Positions 19,654 through 20,994 of a stretch of DNA of 20,994 nt are shown piece by piece. The position numbers and the translations under genes are program-made. The number at the start of each line of letters is the position of its first letter. Position 1 is the first letter of the stretch. The notes beneath the pieces were generated by a model. That model made no database searches, was not told where the DNA came from, and saw nothing but the letters and a program-made list of their open reading frames with translations. The stretch is from Tubiluchus corallicola. Its lineage: Eukaryota > Animalia > Priapulida. Location: positions 1 through 20,994 of the forward strand of contig JAQGDQ010001411.1 in assembly GCA_030141605.1 (NCBI GenBank), written 5' to 3'.

Positions 19654-20424
19654 GAAAAAAGCTGATTTATTTTATTGTTGATTTGTTTTTACCGTTATTT
19701 TATGCCACAAACTTGTGGAATTGCAGACATGTGTGATTTCTGCACTTTCGTGGCATTTTTCCCGTGATTTTGCGAGATCCTGTGTGGGCTCACACTAAAA
19801 TTATAGGAATGATAATTTGTGATTTAATCCCACTGATCAGAGAGTCGCCCAAGAGGAAGATTTATGATCTATGACTCAGTTTCACAAATTTTCGATGCGC
19901 CACATCTGTTTTATAATGAGTTCCTACAGCATTTTTCTACATATTTCTCGCACCTTAAAATAATTCAGAAATGTGTTGCCATCTGGCATATTAGCTAGAG
20001 AAATTTGCATTGATTACTGTAGCCACTAGGAGGAAATTTGATTGTGCTGTACGCGTTTTTAGTGAAGATATTACGTAAGTGCTAAATTTAGCAAATCTGC
20101 CCAGATGTTAGCAGTGAAGCAAGAACAGTGTGATGAAACTCCATTGTTTTTACCATTGTTACGCTTTGATTACGTGGCAACCCTTGAGCATCCAAGTTGG
20201 TCACTTGGCGGGCTTTTTCGGAGAATCAGTTAAATATTTGCTTGAACACTGACCAAATAACAACGAAATTGTTTGACTTACAAGTAGCGACAAAAAGTAC
20301 AAATATAGCTACCAAAAAGAGGGAAAGCGAGTCTATCTTAGGCCTAATATATGTATAAATGATATTTGTATATATGTATTTGTAAGAGGTAATGCTACAA
20401 ATTCTGACTGTAAAGAACTTAAAG

Positions 20425-20617
<193 letters not shown>

Positions 20618-20944
20618 ATATAAGCTCTAATGAAATTTACAGTTCCTATTTGTTATTTGCTAGCATTACCTCTTACATCTAATGTACAAGAAAAAACTTT
20701 AGAAAGAAAATTTTCATTTGTGTAAAAATTTTGTACTCGTTACAAATAGATAACAAATTATAACCCTTACAGAAGAGACATGAGATCGAGAATTATGTGC
20801 AAAGAAATTGGCTATATGATTTTCACTATATAAGTATTAAAAATTAGGTAAAAATTAACAAATGGTTTTTGTAGTTGTTTAAGGGGGGGACCATATCACA
20901 TATAAAAGGAAAACAGTATCTGTGTGATCTAAAGCTTCAAAGTT

Positions 20945-20994
20945 TATATATATATATATATATATAACATAACATAACATAACATAACATAACA
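20945..20994. repeat. (TA)n followed by (ATAAC)n, running off the window end
   Basis: Direct reading. Confidence 0.9.

Noticed and set aside
19800-20080. Possible exon (RGRFMIYDSVSQIFDAPHLFYNEF..., GTAAGT near 20075)
   Set aside because: In-frame stops and no recognisable family.

Overview
AT-rich eukaryotic DNA, most likely from an invertebrate animal (inference from the repeat content). I see no intact gene, and most ORFs in the track are artefacts of tandem repeats or microsatellites. The window holds more than a dozen unrelated tandem arrays or duplications (units of about 135, 162, 54, 90, 41, 60, 93-102, 74 and 41 bp, plus 2-, 3- and 5-bp microsatellites) and decayed non-LTR retrotransposons. 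Best-supported results: (1) a minus-strand RTE-like LINE relic (~12860-14345), split by a second LINE 3' end with an 8-bp target-site duplication (TSD) and by a tRNA-derived SINE-like piece; (2) a minisatellite whose unit is a degenerate LINE reverse-transcriptase core (GVPQG...KLFADD-like), itself split by a LINE 3' UTR with a 7-bp TSD; (3) a 2.6-kb 41-bp satellite with a 13-unit higher-order duplication and a flip into inverted degenerate copies. I found no convincing new functional system. The 54-bp stop-free array and the decayed coding-like blocks at 1-5.6 kb are the open leads. All translations and alignments were done by eye, and element boundaries are approximate.
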